NCBI RefSeq assembly: GCF_964194155.1
Contig: NC_135901.1
Location: 21,266,001 to 21,330,000, forward strand
Direction of reading: 5' to 3'
Source of the DNA: Cetorhinus maximus
Lineage: Eukaryota
DNA length: 64,000 bases
The notes beneath the pieces were generated by a model, which worked only from the letters and a program-made list of their open reading frames with translations, searched no databases and had not been told where the DNA came from. This document shows, in pieces, positions 1 to 13,224 of this stretch. Each line of letters begins with the position of its first letter. The first letter of the stretch is position 1. Made by a program: the position numbers and the translations under genes.

Positions 1-1225
1 AGAGTATAATCCCAGTCTACTCAATCTCTCATCATAGTGCAACCCCATCATCCCAGGAATCAATCTAGTGAACATTCTCAGCACCTTCCATTAAATTGCA
101 CAGAGTATAGGCCCAGTCTACTCAATCTCCCGTCATAGCACAACCCCATCATCCCAGGAATCAATCTGCTGAACATTTGTTACAATTCCTCTAAAGCAAG
201 TAAATCCTTCATTAGGTAAGGAGGTCAAAATGGTAAACAGTAGTCTAGATGTGATCTCACCAGAGCCCTGGACAATTGTAGCAATACTTCCTTACTCTTG
301 TACTCCAATCCTCTTGGAATCAGCACCACCATATCATTTATTTTCTAATTGTTTGCTGCACCTGTATGTTCACTTCCTTTGCTTCTTGTACAAGCAAACC
401 CAAACCCCTCTGAACAACAACATTTAGTTTCTCACCATTCAAGAAAGGTTCAGTTTCTCTCTGCTTCTTTCCCAAGTGAATAGCCTCACATTTTCTCATA
501 TTATACTCAATCTGCCACCTTCTTGCCTACTCATTCAACCTGTCCATGTTCCTTTGCAGACTCGTGTCCTCCTCACAGCTTACTTACCCACCTAACTTGG
601 TATGATCAACAAACTTAAACACATTGGACTCAGTTCCTTGAAATAAGTCTGAATATAGACTGTAAATATCTGAAACCCCAGTCACATTGCTCGTGCTGTT
701 TCACAATTACAGCCCGCTGACCTCAACATGACATGTTTATTCCTAATCTCTGTTTTCTGTCCTTTAAGCACTCCTCTACCCATGCTAATATTCTACCCCC
801 AACCCCATGAGCCCTGACTTTGTGCAACAACCTTTTATGTGGCACCTTATCAAATGACTTTTCAAAATTCAATCATTATATACTCCCTTGTTCCCCTTTA
901 TCAAATCTGCGAGTTACATCCTCAAGAAATTCAAACAGCTTTCTCAAACACGGTTCCCCTTTCATCAAACCACGTTGACTTTGTCTAATCATATTGTCCT
1001 TTTCTAAGTGCTCTGTTACCACTCCTTAATAATAGATTCCAGTACTTTCCTGATGACTGATGTCCAGCTAAATGGCCTGTAGTTCCCTGTTTCCTCTCTC
1101 CTACTTTTCTTGAATATTGGGATTACATCTTCCACCTTCCAATCCATTGGCACCATTCCAGAATCTAGGGAATTTTGAAAAATCACAAGCGGTGCATCCA
1201 ATATCGGTGCAGCCACCTATTTCCG
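1..1225 (-). mobile_element. CR1-clade LINE ORF2 fragment (RT region), decayed
   Basis: ORF 1016..1216 gives 'VPMDWKVEDVIPIFKK..NYRPFSWTSVIRKVLESII', the CR1 RT entry motif; further frameshifted CR1-like sequence runs toward position 1. Confidence 0.8.
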
Positions 1226-1399
1226 AATCCTGGAATGTAGGCAGTGAGATCCAGGGATTTGTCAGCTTTCTTTCCCAAAAATATCCAAAAATGGAGCAGT
1301 CGGTTACAGGAGGCCAATGAGTCTCCTCTTATCCTGGAGAAATCAAGGAGTCAGCACACACAGAGGTGATTCATTGGACACCAAACCCCAATTCAGAAT

Positions 1400-1995
<596 letters not shown>

Positions 1996-2185
1996 AAAAG
2001 TGAAGGAACGACAATATATTTCCAAGTCAGGATGGTGAGTGACTTGGAGGGGAACTTCCAGGTGGTGGTGTTCCCACCTATTTGCTGCCTTTGTCCTTCT
2101 AGATGGTTGTGGTCGTGGGTTTGGAACATGCTGTCGAAGGAGCCTTGGTAAATTACTTGGTCTCCTTGTAGATTGTACACATTGT
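1996..2185 (-). mobile_element. HER1-type LINE 3' region fragment
   Basis: Matches the 3' part of the LINE at 22400-22600 ('ccaccacctggaagttcccctccaag...ccatcctgacttggaaatat'). Confidence 0.7.
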
Positions 2186-3448
2186 TATGGATAGCAAGCA
2201 GGTTACGGGTGTTCCACAGGGAGCAATGCTGGGACCACTGTTATTCACAATTTACATAAATGATTTGGACCCAGAAATTGAAGCTCCAATTTTAAAATTT
2301 GAGAGCAGAATTACAGTAAATCACTGATAAGAATTCCCAATCAACAAAACTTTGTAGCATAGTTCATTAAATCTTTAATTCTGTTGCTGCCTGAACAAGG
2401 ACACAAGGACCTGATGCAGTTAATACTGAGCAAGACTGCAGCAAAATCCTTGGATCTAAAATGCACACATGAATAAAACAGGGAGTTCCTGGAAACATGC
2501 TGCAGGTTCTTCATTACCTGGAGATCAAATGTCTGTTGTATAATTGTCCCAGCAGTTAACACGATCTTGTGAACTTTTGCATGTGTTATTTTAATACAAG
2601 CTTTAAACTATATATTTGAACTGAATTTTATTATGTTAAAGATGCTATATCAATACAAGTTGTTGCTGATGTTGGCTTAAAGTGGTAGATTCAGGACTGT
2701 CACTAAAATATCTTTAAAACTTCACAGGATAATCACAGTCACTTTTAAACTGGAAACTTAATCCTGGTGTTTAAGTTTCAGTGAAGGATAGAGCACAGTT
2801 TTACACAGATCTCTGATTTAACAGCATATTTCCAGTCTGCTGACTCAGGTTGAACAGCCACAGTTGTAAAGGAACCTTCTGCTCTGTGCCTAGGAGCTTT
2901 GAACCATGATGGTTACAAACCAGAAATCAGAGGGTTAGATTTACAGGGAGTTTGTATTTTTCCATCCATTTTCCTATGTAGCCTTGGACTCCACGCAGCC
3001 TGACCTTGGTCATCTTTAGGCTGTACGTACTGCACAGAAGTGGCTGTGACACATTTCTTGCACACCTCAGGATTAATCCACATGTGGGTTTTGCTGTCAG
3101 TGAAGAGAAATGAGTAAGGCCAAAGTGCCATTTGTCCCTCTCAGCGTGACCCTGAAGGACTGTGTCCAGGCTGAAGTTCTGTTCCTGCCGTATGATCCTC
3201 CCCCAGATTGTCTTTTCTGAGCTCCAACCAGGTGATGTTAAACACTCAAGTGGGAAGGATAAAAATCTACAGCAATGTGTTCAAAACAAAGCTTGACATG
3301 CTATTCGACATCTATACAAAATATTAACCAGCAGCCCAATTATATGGTCCATTAAAATCTGCAGAAACAAACCCAACTGTCAGAATGAAAGAATTCAATC
3401 CTGAACATGATTAACAGCAGCAAAAAATGCAGAATCCAACCCCTACAG

Positions 3449-4318
3449 TCACTTGTGAATTCGCTGGTGCGTCAGCCAGGAGCCTGACTGAGTGAATCCC
3501 TTCCCACACATGGAGCAGGTGAATGGTCTCTCCCCAGTGTGAACTCGTTGGTGTATCAGCAGATCCTTTCTACTTTTAAATGTCTTCTCACAGTCAGAAC
3601 ATTCAAAACGTCTCTGATCAGTATGAACAAGTTGATGTGTCAGAAGGTGCGATGACCGAGTGAATCCCTTTCCACACATCGAACATGTGAATGGCCTCTC
3701 GCCAGTGTGAACTCGCTGGTGTGTCAGCAGGTCAGAGGAATTGGTGAATCCCTTCCCACACATGGAGCAGGTGAATGGCCTCTCCCCAGTGTGAATTCGC
3801 TGGTGTGTCAGTAGTTTGGATGGTCGATTAAATCCCTTGCCACAGATAAAGCAGGTGTATGGACTTTCCCCAGTGTGAATGCGTTGGTGTTTCAGAAGCC
3901 TAGACAATCGATTAAATCCCTCCCCACACAAGGAACAGATGAACAGACTCTCCCTCGTGTGAATTCGCTGGTGTGTCAGCAGGTAGGATGACTGAGTAAA
4001 CCCCTTCCCACAAATGGAGCAGGTGAATGGCCTCTCTCCACTGTGAGTTTGCTGGTGCCTCAGAAAGTTTGATGAATGACTGATTGCCTTCCCACACACG
4101 GAGCAGATGACTGAACTCTGCTCAGTGTGAATGTGCTGGTGTCTCAGAAGGTTGGATGAATGAGTGAATCCCTTCCCACACACGGAGCAGGTGAACGGCC
4201 TCTCCCCAGTGTGACTGCGTTGATGAATTTCCAGCTTTGATGGGGAACCAAATCCCTTCCCACAGTCCGCACATTTCCATGGTTTCTCCATGGTGCCGGT
4301 GTCCTCGTGGCTGTCCAT
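3449..4318 (-). CDS. C2H2 zinc-finger protein (unit B), 10 tandem fingers, no effector domain
   Basis: 289-aa ORF with 10 C-x2-C-x12-H-x3-H repeats and TGERP linkers; splice acceptor at ~4533; conserved 3' UTR follows the stop. Confidence 0.9.
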   Translation of the reverse strand: MDSHEDTGTMEKPWKCADCGKGFGSPSKLEIHQRSHTGERPFTCSVCGKGFTHSSNLLRHQHIHTEQSSVICSVCGKAISHSSNFLRHQQTHSGERPFTCSICGKGFTQSSYLLTHQRIHTRESLFICSLCGEGFNRLSRLLKHQRIHTGESPYTCFICGKGFNRPSKLLTHQRIHTGERPFTCSMCGKGFTNSSDLLTHQRVHTGERPFTCSMCGKGFTRSSHLLTHQLVHTDQRRFECSDCEKTFKSRKDLLIHQRVHTGERPFTCSMCGKGFTQSGSWLTHQRIHK

Positions 4319-4604
4319 GTTGGATGATCAGATCAAACCTCATTCACACAATTTATTCCCACTATGAATGGTGCGATGCTTTTTCAGGCTGTGCAATTGG
4401 TTAAAACATTTCTCCTTCTATATTAAACGTTCAATGATATCCAGCTCCTGATGTATTGAGTGAATCAGTCAGATTTTGACGTGATGTTTGGTTTGAGTTT
4501 CCTCCTGTCAGCAAATCTTCCTGTTCAAATATCCTATAAAAGGGGTTCACAAAAGTCAGTACAGGATAGAAATCCAGAACAGATAATCATAGTTTCTTTC
4601 CTTT

Positions 4605-4805
4605 TTCTAATCTGTTCATGCGATGTTGGTGTCACTGACAAGGCCAGTATTTGTTGCCCATCTGGAATTGCCTTGAGAAGGTGGTGGTGAGCCAATTCCT
4701 TGAACTGCTGTAATCCATGTGGTGTCGGCGCTGTTAGGAAGGGAGTCCCAGGATTTCAACCCAGCGACAATGAAGGAACGGCAATATATTCCCAAGTCTG
4801 ATATA
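4605..4805 (-). mobile_element. HE1/HER1 shared 3' tail fragment
   Basis: Reverse complement of '...caccaccttctcaaggcaatt..gatgggcaacaaatactggcc..'. Confidence 0.7.
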
Positions 4806-5239
4806 TGACGGAAGAAAGGTTATTGATAAAGCAGCTGAAGTTGGTTAAGCCTAGGATACTGACCTGATGTAGTCCAGCAGCGATGTCCTGGGATTGAAAT
4901 AACAAAGAATAAATAAAAAATTTTAAAACTGTTAAATAATGTTGTTGATAAAATAAATACTCATTCAATTTTTCAGAGATGACTGATTTCCCAGGGGTTC
5001 ACTCTGACTCCTCTGACTGACTGACTTAGGGTCCAGTCCTCAATCCCCCGAATGGCGACTGAACTCGCTGCTCCTTTGCTCCTCCGGCCTCTGAGCTCCT
5101 CTTGCTGTTGTTTCGCAGGACAGTCAATGCCCGCTCTCCAACATGACCCTGTCAGATGGAGTTCAGGGGCTCAGAGGGAGAAAAGAAAATGAGGCGGTGA
5201 ATCTGAGTTGGGAAAAACAAGGAGAGAAACAGGATTCAA

Positions 5240-5600
5240 TGGAGAAACTGAGCGGGGGGCGAGCGCAGCCTCAGGAACAGCGGCTCTCAGAGGCCGAATG
5301 AGAGCGGCCGGGCCCGGCGGCCGTGCGGTGATCTCCCCGGGCTGGGGGACTGGGGGTCGGGGCTGCCCATTAAAGCGATGCTGCAGCATCTCCCCCATCC
5401 TCGCCGCCGCTTCCCGGTCTCTTCTCCCGTTTCCACCGAGTCCGACACACAACAAAGGAGCCGCCCAGAATGCCCCGCGGCTGGTCCTGGGGAGCATGCG
5501 CACTCTCAGCGCCTGGGGGAAAGGAGCGAGTTGGATAGAGTAGTTTCTGGGGCGCGCGGATTTGTGGGAACGATGGCCACCATTAATGAGCAGCTGTCGA
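5240..5600 (-). promoter_or_regulatory. CpG-island promoter/first exon of unit B; possibly shared divergently with unit C
   Basis: GC/CpG-rich; minus strand reads 'aatggtggccatcgTTCCCACAAATCC', homologous to the other cluster promoters; GCATGCGC at ~5495. Confidence 0.7.
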
Positions 5601-6029
5601 TATGTGTTTTCCTGCATCCTGGCAAAAACTCAACGGCATGAAATTCTTTTTCGGTTCTCTCTGCGCATATTCTGTTTAAACAACATAATATTTCCAATAT
5701 TTGCCTCAGGATTGGAGTTAGATGCCCTTGCCTGTCCCTGGCCTCCTGAGTGGATCTTTATTGTTGTATTAGTTCGAAAAGGAATATGGATGGGGGAGAA
5801 TATTCTGTGTAGTTTTCAGACCAGTTATGCCCCAAAATTCCCAATGTGTGGGACTGCCAGGGGAGGTAGATTTCTCTGGGATGTTCGGTTGCTAAACAGA
5901 CACAACCCCTAAAAGTAAACAAGCATTGTCTTCAGAGCAATAATTTCAGTAACGGCTTTTAATTCATTTCCATTTAGGTTTTCAAATTAATTCTTGGGAT
6001 GCGGGCTTTTGCGAGCAAGGCCAGCAAAT

Positions 6030-6510
6030 ATGGTGGATGAGTGTAGCTCCAATTACACTCTGGAAGCTTGGCAACATCCAGGACAAAGCAGCCTGCATGA
6101 CTGACACTCCACCAACCAGCTTAAATATCCACTCCCTCCACCACAGATGCAGAGTGGTAACAATGTGTACCATCTATGAGATGTACTGCAGCAACTCGCT
6201 AAGTTTTGTTCGACAGCACCTTTCAAACACAGCTTTTATCACCTAGAAGGACAAGGCCAACAGACTCATGGAACACTGCCACCTGCAATTTCCCCTCCAA
6301 GCCACCCACCATCTTGATGTGGAATTATATCACCATTCCTTCACTATCAGCTGATCAAAATCCTGGAACTCCCTTCCTAGCAGCAGTGTGGTGTACCTTC
6401 ACTACATAGACTGCAGCAGCTCAAGAAGGTGACTCACCACCGCCTTCTCGAGGGCAATTAGTGATGGGCAATAAATGCTGGCCTCGCCAGCAACACCCAC
6501 ATCCCGTGAA
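6030..6510 (+). mobile_element. HER1-type LINE 3' end
   Basis: Colinear with 22290-22770, ending 'gatgggcaataaatgctggcc..cccacatcccgtgaa'. Confidence 0.8.
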
Positions 6511-7080
6511 GTCCAACCTGCTCCACATGAAGCTGATTGTGGGCCTTCTTGATCCACAGCTGTCCTTGTGCTGAAGGCACTTTGATAATACTGTTACGTA
6601 AGGGATTGCAGGATTTTCGCCCAGCAATGATGAAGAGACAGTGATATGTGTCCAAGTCAGGATGGTGTGTGTGACTTGAAATGAACATGAAGGTTTCCGC
6701 ATGCACCTGCTGTTATTGTCTTTCAAGTGGGTGTAAGTCACAGTTTTAGGAGGTTCTGCCTAAGTTCATGTCGACATGTCAATGTGTAAGATCCCTCTCT
6801 TTCAGTATCATTCCCATGCCACGGACCCAAACCTTCTACCTCTCATCTGCTTCTGTTGAGGCCAGAGTCTTATGGTCGGTCAATATTAGGTGGCAGGTTC
6901 CCTACCCTGATGGACATCAATGACCCAGATGGGTTTTACAATCCAACAGTTTTCATGGTCACTTTTTCCTCGTGTTGGCTCCACAAATGACTAAATTCAT
7001 TCAGTTCAGTTTCATCACCTATCTGTGCTTTAGTGCATTCTCCCTCACTCCCCTTGTCTTGTTTTAAATTCATTTTACAG

Positions 7081-7880
7081 GGTGTTAGAAGGGGAGGATT
7101 GCAGACGGAAGCTAAAAACAAATATCAAGTCAAAATCTGACAGTATGCCTTTGAATGTGGAAGGAAAAAGTACTGTTCACAGCGGGGATGAACCATACAC
7201 ATGCTTTGTGTGTGAACGAGGCTTCAGCCATTCATCTGGCCCGTCGAGACACAAGCACAGTCACACTGAGGAGAAACCAGATAAATGTGAGGACTGGGAG
7301 GAGGTATTTAATTACCCATTTCAGCTGGAGACTCATCAACACAGTCACACTGGGCAGAGGCCATTGACCTGCTCCGAGTTTGGGAAGGGGTTCTTTCATT
7401 TCTCTGTCCTGCTGACATACCTGCTTAGCTGCTCTCAGTGCGGGTAGGGGTTCAGGCAATTGTCCAACCTGCGAACAGACCAACGAGTTCATACCGGGGA
7501 GAGGCCGTTCACGTGCTCCGATTGTGGGAAGGGACTTCCTTGTTCATCCCACCTACTCGTGCATTAGCTAGTTCACACTTGGAAAAAGCCCTTCACTTTC
7601 TCTGAGTTTGGGAAGGGTTTCTCTGAGTCGCCCCATCTTCACACTAGAGAGAGACCATTCACCTGCTGTGTGCGTGAGAAGGGATTCATTATTTCATCTC
7701 ATCTGTGAAGACATTAGCGCATTCAGACTGATAAGGCAGCATTTCAATACCAAACGTAAAAATGGTCTGCTGACATATCAACATATCACACTGAAGAAAG
7801 TCTGCTCATCTGCTTCATGTGTGGGGTACGATTTACTCAGTTATCCACTCTGCTGACTCACCAGCGAGTTCACAAGTGAC
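7081..7880 (+). pseudogene. C2H2 zinc-finger pseudogene (unit C)
   Basis: Acceptor 'ttttacag|ggtgttagaagg' at 7080; '[23 protein letters not shown]' start with ATG>GTG; many stops and indels; conserved 3' UTR with AATAAA at ~8010. Confidence 0.85.
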
Positions 7881-8399
7881 TGCAGGGGTTGGAATCTGCT
7901 GTTAATCACAGGCAGGATTGAACCACGTTCCTTGTTAGAGTCAGGGTTTGTCTCGGATGGTAATAACCCCATCATTGGGCTTGAGTTTAATATTCTGGTT
8001 GAATGTGGAATAAATCAACTTTGGTTTAATCACATTGTTGTAGATTTTTGTCTTTCTCAATTGAGTGTTCATCACCTAGCTGGAGCTCAGAAAGTACAAT
8101 CTGGGGGAAATTCATAGGGAAGGAACAGAACTTCAGCCTGGACACAGTCCAGGAGCACGATAACCATCCACATCAAGTCCCTGTTGGATAAAATGAAACA
8201 CAGCGTTTATTCCCCATGTAGTTATCTGACCTTTTCATTTTGTACTGTTTACACTGATCTCCATGGTAACTCAGATATTGTGCTTTCCTTCCTCATTTCC
8301 AATTAACTAATATAAGATTTGATTCTCCCAATTATCCCGAACATCATATGGATCTTCCCACCTAGCCTCCTAGCCCCACCTCTTTTCACAATGTTTTTT

Positions 8400-9560
8400 T
8401 TAAACATTACTTCATCTTCCATTTAGGAGTTAGTGTAGCGGATGGGGTTGATCTCCCTGGAGGTGTTGAATAGGCTCCTTCCACGACAGCTTTTCTCAGT
8501 GTTGTTTATCCAGAGTGATTAAAGCTCTCGAGCATCCCACCGGACTCTGGGTGATAGGGAATGTGGAAATGTAGTTCCACACCCATAAGATGACAGAGCT
8601 GTTGCATTACCTCTGCTGTTAAATGAAAATCAAATTAGAGCCATCCATGTAATAGAAAAACCTCATCATGTAGGAGGAGGGATGAGGTGAAGTCTCCGAA
8701 AGTGTATGACTTCTTTGACCATAGTCACATCAGGGTCAGGGTCCTGACAAGTTTTTAAATCAGGTTTAACTGGAGCCTGTCATACCAGTGCCAATGATGG
8801 AGTTTTGGGTGGATGCCAAGCAGATCCAAGCAGCATTTCTGGTGAGTCAGTCTGCCTGGTTATTACTCTCTTCACTAACTCCTGCTGTTAATGTACCTTC
8901 GCCTTACAAATAGCAATTTGTCCTGGACACTTACCAGCAATATCCCAAATCATTCGGCGTTTGGAGTGGTGGGTTAGTGTTTCCCTTTCTGTTGTGTTTT
9001 TTTTGGCCGGAGAAATAGGTTTTCCCTGAGGGAGTTACAACCAAAGGAAGTTTCAGAATAGTTGCTGATTCTATCAGTGATGGTTTGAAGGGCTTTGATC
9101 ACAATAACTTCAGATCTCTGGGCTAAGTATTTTGGTGGGCGTTTACTAAGGATACTATGGCTGTCATGGGGAATCAAAGATGTAGTACCAGTCTAATATG
9201 GTCCCTGTTCATAAAACCAAGATCCATCCACATAAACCCCAGTGGAGTCCAACAGTTGTGCGGCTTTAATAGGTCCATTGTATATGGCCTCTTTCACCTG
9301 GCAACTATGTGGGGTTCCTTCATACTGCAACATTCCAGCCAATTGGTAAGTTTTTCAGTTTTAGGGTATTAATGTCATTTTGTAACTTAATTCATCTACT
9401 CTATCACACCAGGGATATTCCCTTGCCTTGGCCTTTAACTAATAATGTCACTGCAGTATATGGTGGTTTGTAGAATTTTTGAATTTAACTCCACCAAATA
9501 CTCTGTGTGCTTAACCAAATAGTGAACACTCAATTCTGCTTAATAAACTGGACAATTGAT
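8400..9560 (-). mobile_element. Endogenous retrovirus pol remnant (connection/RNase H and integrase core)
   Basis: Manual minus-strand translation: 'VYVDGSWFYEQG' (~9205-9240) and 'AQRSEVIVIKAL' (~9087-9122), RNase H motifs; 'EVMQQLCHLMGVELHFHIPYHPESGGMLESFNH' (~8515-8615), integrase motif. Confidence 0.75.
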
Positions 9561-10024
9561 CTTTCCACAGTGTTGAGTGTGTCTGAGAAGTCTCCAACTG
9601 GAAAACCTTTCCTTTCACCGCTTCCATTTTTACAGCAGATATACATTGTCCTGACAGTGCCAACTGTCTGAGGAGTTAAATGGATAGATCTTCCAAAGAG
9701 TCAGCACAGGCATGATGGGCTGAATGGTTTCCATTTGTGTTGTATCATTCTATAAAACAGTGAATATTCAATATCAGGGGATAGCGAGATAAAAAGAGAG
9801 GAAACAGCTACTGTGGGATTGAAGGCAGCCAGAATCAACACCTTCAGAGGAGGAGAGAGAGGGAAACCAGGAAGAAAAGTTTTAAAAAGTCAGTGTAGTG
9901 CCACAGGAGAGCAGCGGTTTGAATAACTTTGAGAAAGGAAAAACGGAATTGACAACTATTTATGTGATTTTTAAATTAATTTATCTCAGTTGGTAACAGA
10001 ATTATTTTCACTTCTCTGTCTGGA

Positions 10025-10560
10025 CTATCAATGGCGCTGCTGTTACCCAACATTCCCTGCGGATGTGAATATGCCCTATTCCCTCTACAGGAGCCCAGTG
10101 CGCAGGAGCAATATTGGACTGTGTCCAGAGCATGCGCAGTGTCACTTTGGTCAGAGCCTTGTGAGTGCCGGAGACGCATTTTGCAGCGGGCGAGAGTCGG
10201 TTAGGCGAAAGGAGGGATGGAGCCGGGAGTCGGGGTGGGGAGGAAGAGGAGGCTTCATAAAGACCTGGTGTAGGCCGCAAGGCCTGAATAAGACCCCGCG
10301 GGTCCTGCGTTTACAGCTCCAGGACTTTTTCCCGGGAATAGGCCCAGCTTAATGGTCACCATCCTGGTTCAGTAGGGAACGGATCGCATGAGCGGCTGTG
10401 TTGGTGATGCAACAGAGGGGCGGGGCTTCAGGGTCCCCGTGACCAGGAGAAAAAAAAACATTGACTCATCGATTTTATTCTGCGAACAAGAGCTGGTGAC
10501 AGGCCCGAGTTAATTGCCACCATCTTTAGAGGGTCAAGGTGCTGCAGGGCGTTTGCGCGG
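10025..10560 (+). promoter_or_regulatory. CpG-island promoter/first exon, likely for unit D
   Basis: CAATGGCG (YY1-like), TTACCCAACATTCC (ZNF143/Staf-like), GCATGCGC (NRF1-like), CCACCATCTT; homologous to the 18185 promoter. Confidence 0.75.
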
Positions 10561-10569
10561 CCACCCTAA

Positions 10570-11610
10570 GAACATCAGAAATAGGAGTGGGCCACCGAGC
10601 CTGCTCTGCCATTCAATAAGAACATGGCTGATCTGATTGTGACCTTAACTCCACTTTGCTGCCTGCCCCCTATAACTCCCTTGTAGATTAAAAATCTATC
10701 TAACTCAACTTTGAATATATACAATGAGCCAGCCTCCATTGCTCTCCGGGGAAGAAAATTCCAAAGATTAGCAACACTCTGAGAGAAGAAGTTCCTCCTC
10801 ATCTCAGCCTTAGATGAGAGACCCCTTATTTTTAAACTGGCCCATTAATTCTAGAATCCTCTTTGAGTGGAAACATCCTCTCCGATCTATCCTGTCAATA
10901 CCCCAGATTCTTACAGGTTTAAATAAGATCACCTCTCATTCTTCTAATCCCCAATGAGTATAAACCCAAACTGCTTAACCTTTGCACCGAAAATAAATGC
11001 CCTAATCCCAGGAATCAGCCGAGTGAACCTTCTCTGAATTGCTTCCAATGCACATATGTCCCATAAGATGTAGGAGCAGAAGTAGGCCATTCAATGAGAT
11101 CATGGCTGATCTGACAATCCTCAACTACACTTTCCTTCCTTTTCCCCATTACCCTTGATTCCCTTACTGATTAAAAATCTAAGCCTTCAATATACTTAGC
11201 GACCCAGCATCTACAGCCCTCTGTGGTAAAGAGTTCCACAGATTGACTACCCTCTTAGAGAAGAAATTCCTCCTCATCTCTGTTTTAAATGGGCGACCCC
11301 TTACTCCGAGATTATGCCATCTGGTCCTGGACTCTCCTACAAGGGGAGAGCATCTCAGCATCTACCCTGTCAAACCCCCTAAGAATCGTATATGTTTCAA
11401 TAAGGTCACTTCTCATTCTTCCAAAATCCAATGATTACAGGCCCAAGTTACTCAACCTCTCCATATAAGAAAATCCCTCCATACCTGGGATCAACCTCGT
11501 GAACATTCTCTGGACTGTCGCCAATGCCAGTATATCTTTCCTGAGATAAGGGGACCAAAACAAAATTGTTCACAATATTCCAGATGTGGTTTAACTAGTG
11601 CTTAAGTAAT
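10570..11610 (-). mobile_element. Two CR1 LINE 3' ends in tandem
   Basis: 'MRRNFFSQSVANLWNFLP' and 'EMRRNFFSKRVVNLWNSLP', the CR1 ORF2 C-terminus, each followed by 3' UTR. Confidence 0.85.
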
Positions 11611-11639
11611 CCTGGGACAGGCAGCAGGTGGAGAGAATC

Positions 11640-11830
11640 ATGTGAATTTCTATCCTGGACTGACGGTGATGGATTTTGGAAATCTCTTTAACAGCGGGTT
11701 AGAATGAGACGATTTACACACAGCAAATTGAAACCAAGAGAAATATTTGTCTCTTCTAAACTTATATCCTGAACTGACACTTATTGCTTTTGTAATCTCT
11801 TTTTACAGGGAGTTAGAAGATTTGAAAATT
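11640..11830 (+). repeat. Tandem ~110-bp splice-acceptor units of the ZNF 5' UTR
   Basis: Two copies of 'tatcctg(g/a)actgac..ttttg(g/t)aa..cttt..acag|gg..ttagaa'. Confidence 0.65.
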
Positions 11831-12329
11831 GTGAGATTTTTCTCTGACTCCAGTGCTTCTGCTATCTTTTCAACTGCAGGCTCCAGCAGATTAAAATTTT
11901 GAAAACAGTGAAATTGTTTCAGAGGTGAGTATTATTGAACATTCATCTACTATTTAGAGCTTTTAGTGCTGTGCTTTGGTTCCATGGCTCTGGGGCTGGT
12001 GTGGCTCCTTTACTGTGGTTCTGAATCCATGTCTATCCATTGCTCTGTTTCACTCTGCCTTCCCTGACCACCTCTCTGCCATTGTCTAACTTCCTCTGCC
12101 TCTAATAATGGATGTATTTTAACCATGTTTAGTATATTACTGTTATTTCTTCTAAATGAGGCTTCCACCATTGCCCATCCCTAGTCTATTCAATGGTGAT
12201 TTACCAGCTTTATTTTCCAATGGTCAGGAATTGTTTTTCCTGCACTAAAGATCGTTTCTATTCTGCTCCTGAGCTCATATTGACCATCAAATTCAGCTCC
12301 ATTTTTATTCCCTGGAATTGATTCTGCAC

Positions 12330-12450
12330 ATCCTGAAATGTTAACTCTCTTTCTCTCTCGACAGTTACTGTCTGACCTGCTGAGTATTTCCAGCATTTGC
12401 TCTTTTTATTTCAGATTTCCAGCAACTGCGGTATTTTGCTTTTTTTTTGC
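12330..12450 (+). mobile_element. Penelope-like element 3'-terminal fragment with tail
   Basis: 'gacctgctgagtatttccagcattt...cagatttccagcaactgcggtattttgctttt' matches the PLE ends at 27660-27743. Confidence 0.7.
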
Positions 12451-13224
12451 TGCCGGCGTTTCTCTCTGAACTGAATCGAGAAACAGGGATGGACCAATTA
12501 AAAACTGATTTGCATCAGGGTGGGTGTTGGTTGTAGAGGTTGGTCCCTGGCCCCCAGTGTAGGTCCTTTTTATGCAGTCATAGAATGTTTATAATACAGA
12601 CAGAGGCCATTTAGCTCATCATTCCCTTGCTGGCGCTCTCAAGAACAAATCAGCTAGTCCCACCCTCCTCCCCTTTCCTCATAGCCCAGCAATTTTTCCT
12701 CTCTAGGTGCTTATTCAATTCCCTTTGAAAGCCTTTGTTGTATCAGTTTGAGCTGGAGTGGAGACGGAGGAGAAGCTGCTGGGTTTAACCCTGAGGATTT
12801 TGGAACACAGTTGGGCCCAGCAATTTCCACTGTGAAATTGTCGAGGGAGGTAGATACTAGATGCGACCAGGTTAATAAACAGACACTGTCCAGGCAATGT
12901 AATTGTTTTCGGAGCAAAGATTTCTTTTGACGCTTTTGATCCATTTGACATATGCATGTTTTAAAAATTTATTCTTGGGATTTGGGCATCACTAGCAAGA
13001 CCAGCAGTGTTTATTACGCATCCCCAGTTACCTGTGAAGAAGATGATGTTTGACTTTCCTGAACCACTGCAGTCCATGTGGTGAAGCTGCTCCTACAATG
13101 CAGTTAGATAAGGAGTTACAGGATTTTCATCCAGCAATGATGAAGGAATGGTGATAAAGGTCCAAGTCAACAATAATACGTTGTATTTATAAAGTGCCTT
13201 TAACATAGCTCCAGCAACTCTAGA

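Noticed and set aside
5171-5641. Overlapping 87-148 aa ORFs in the CpG island as an N-terminal effector exon (likewise 9990..10352, 18173..18448, 27992..28405)
   Set aside because: Stop-poor GC-rich sequence; no shared reading frame or peptide among the homologous promoters.
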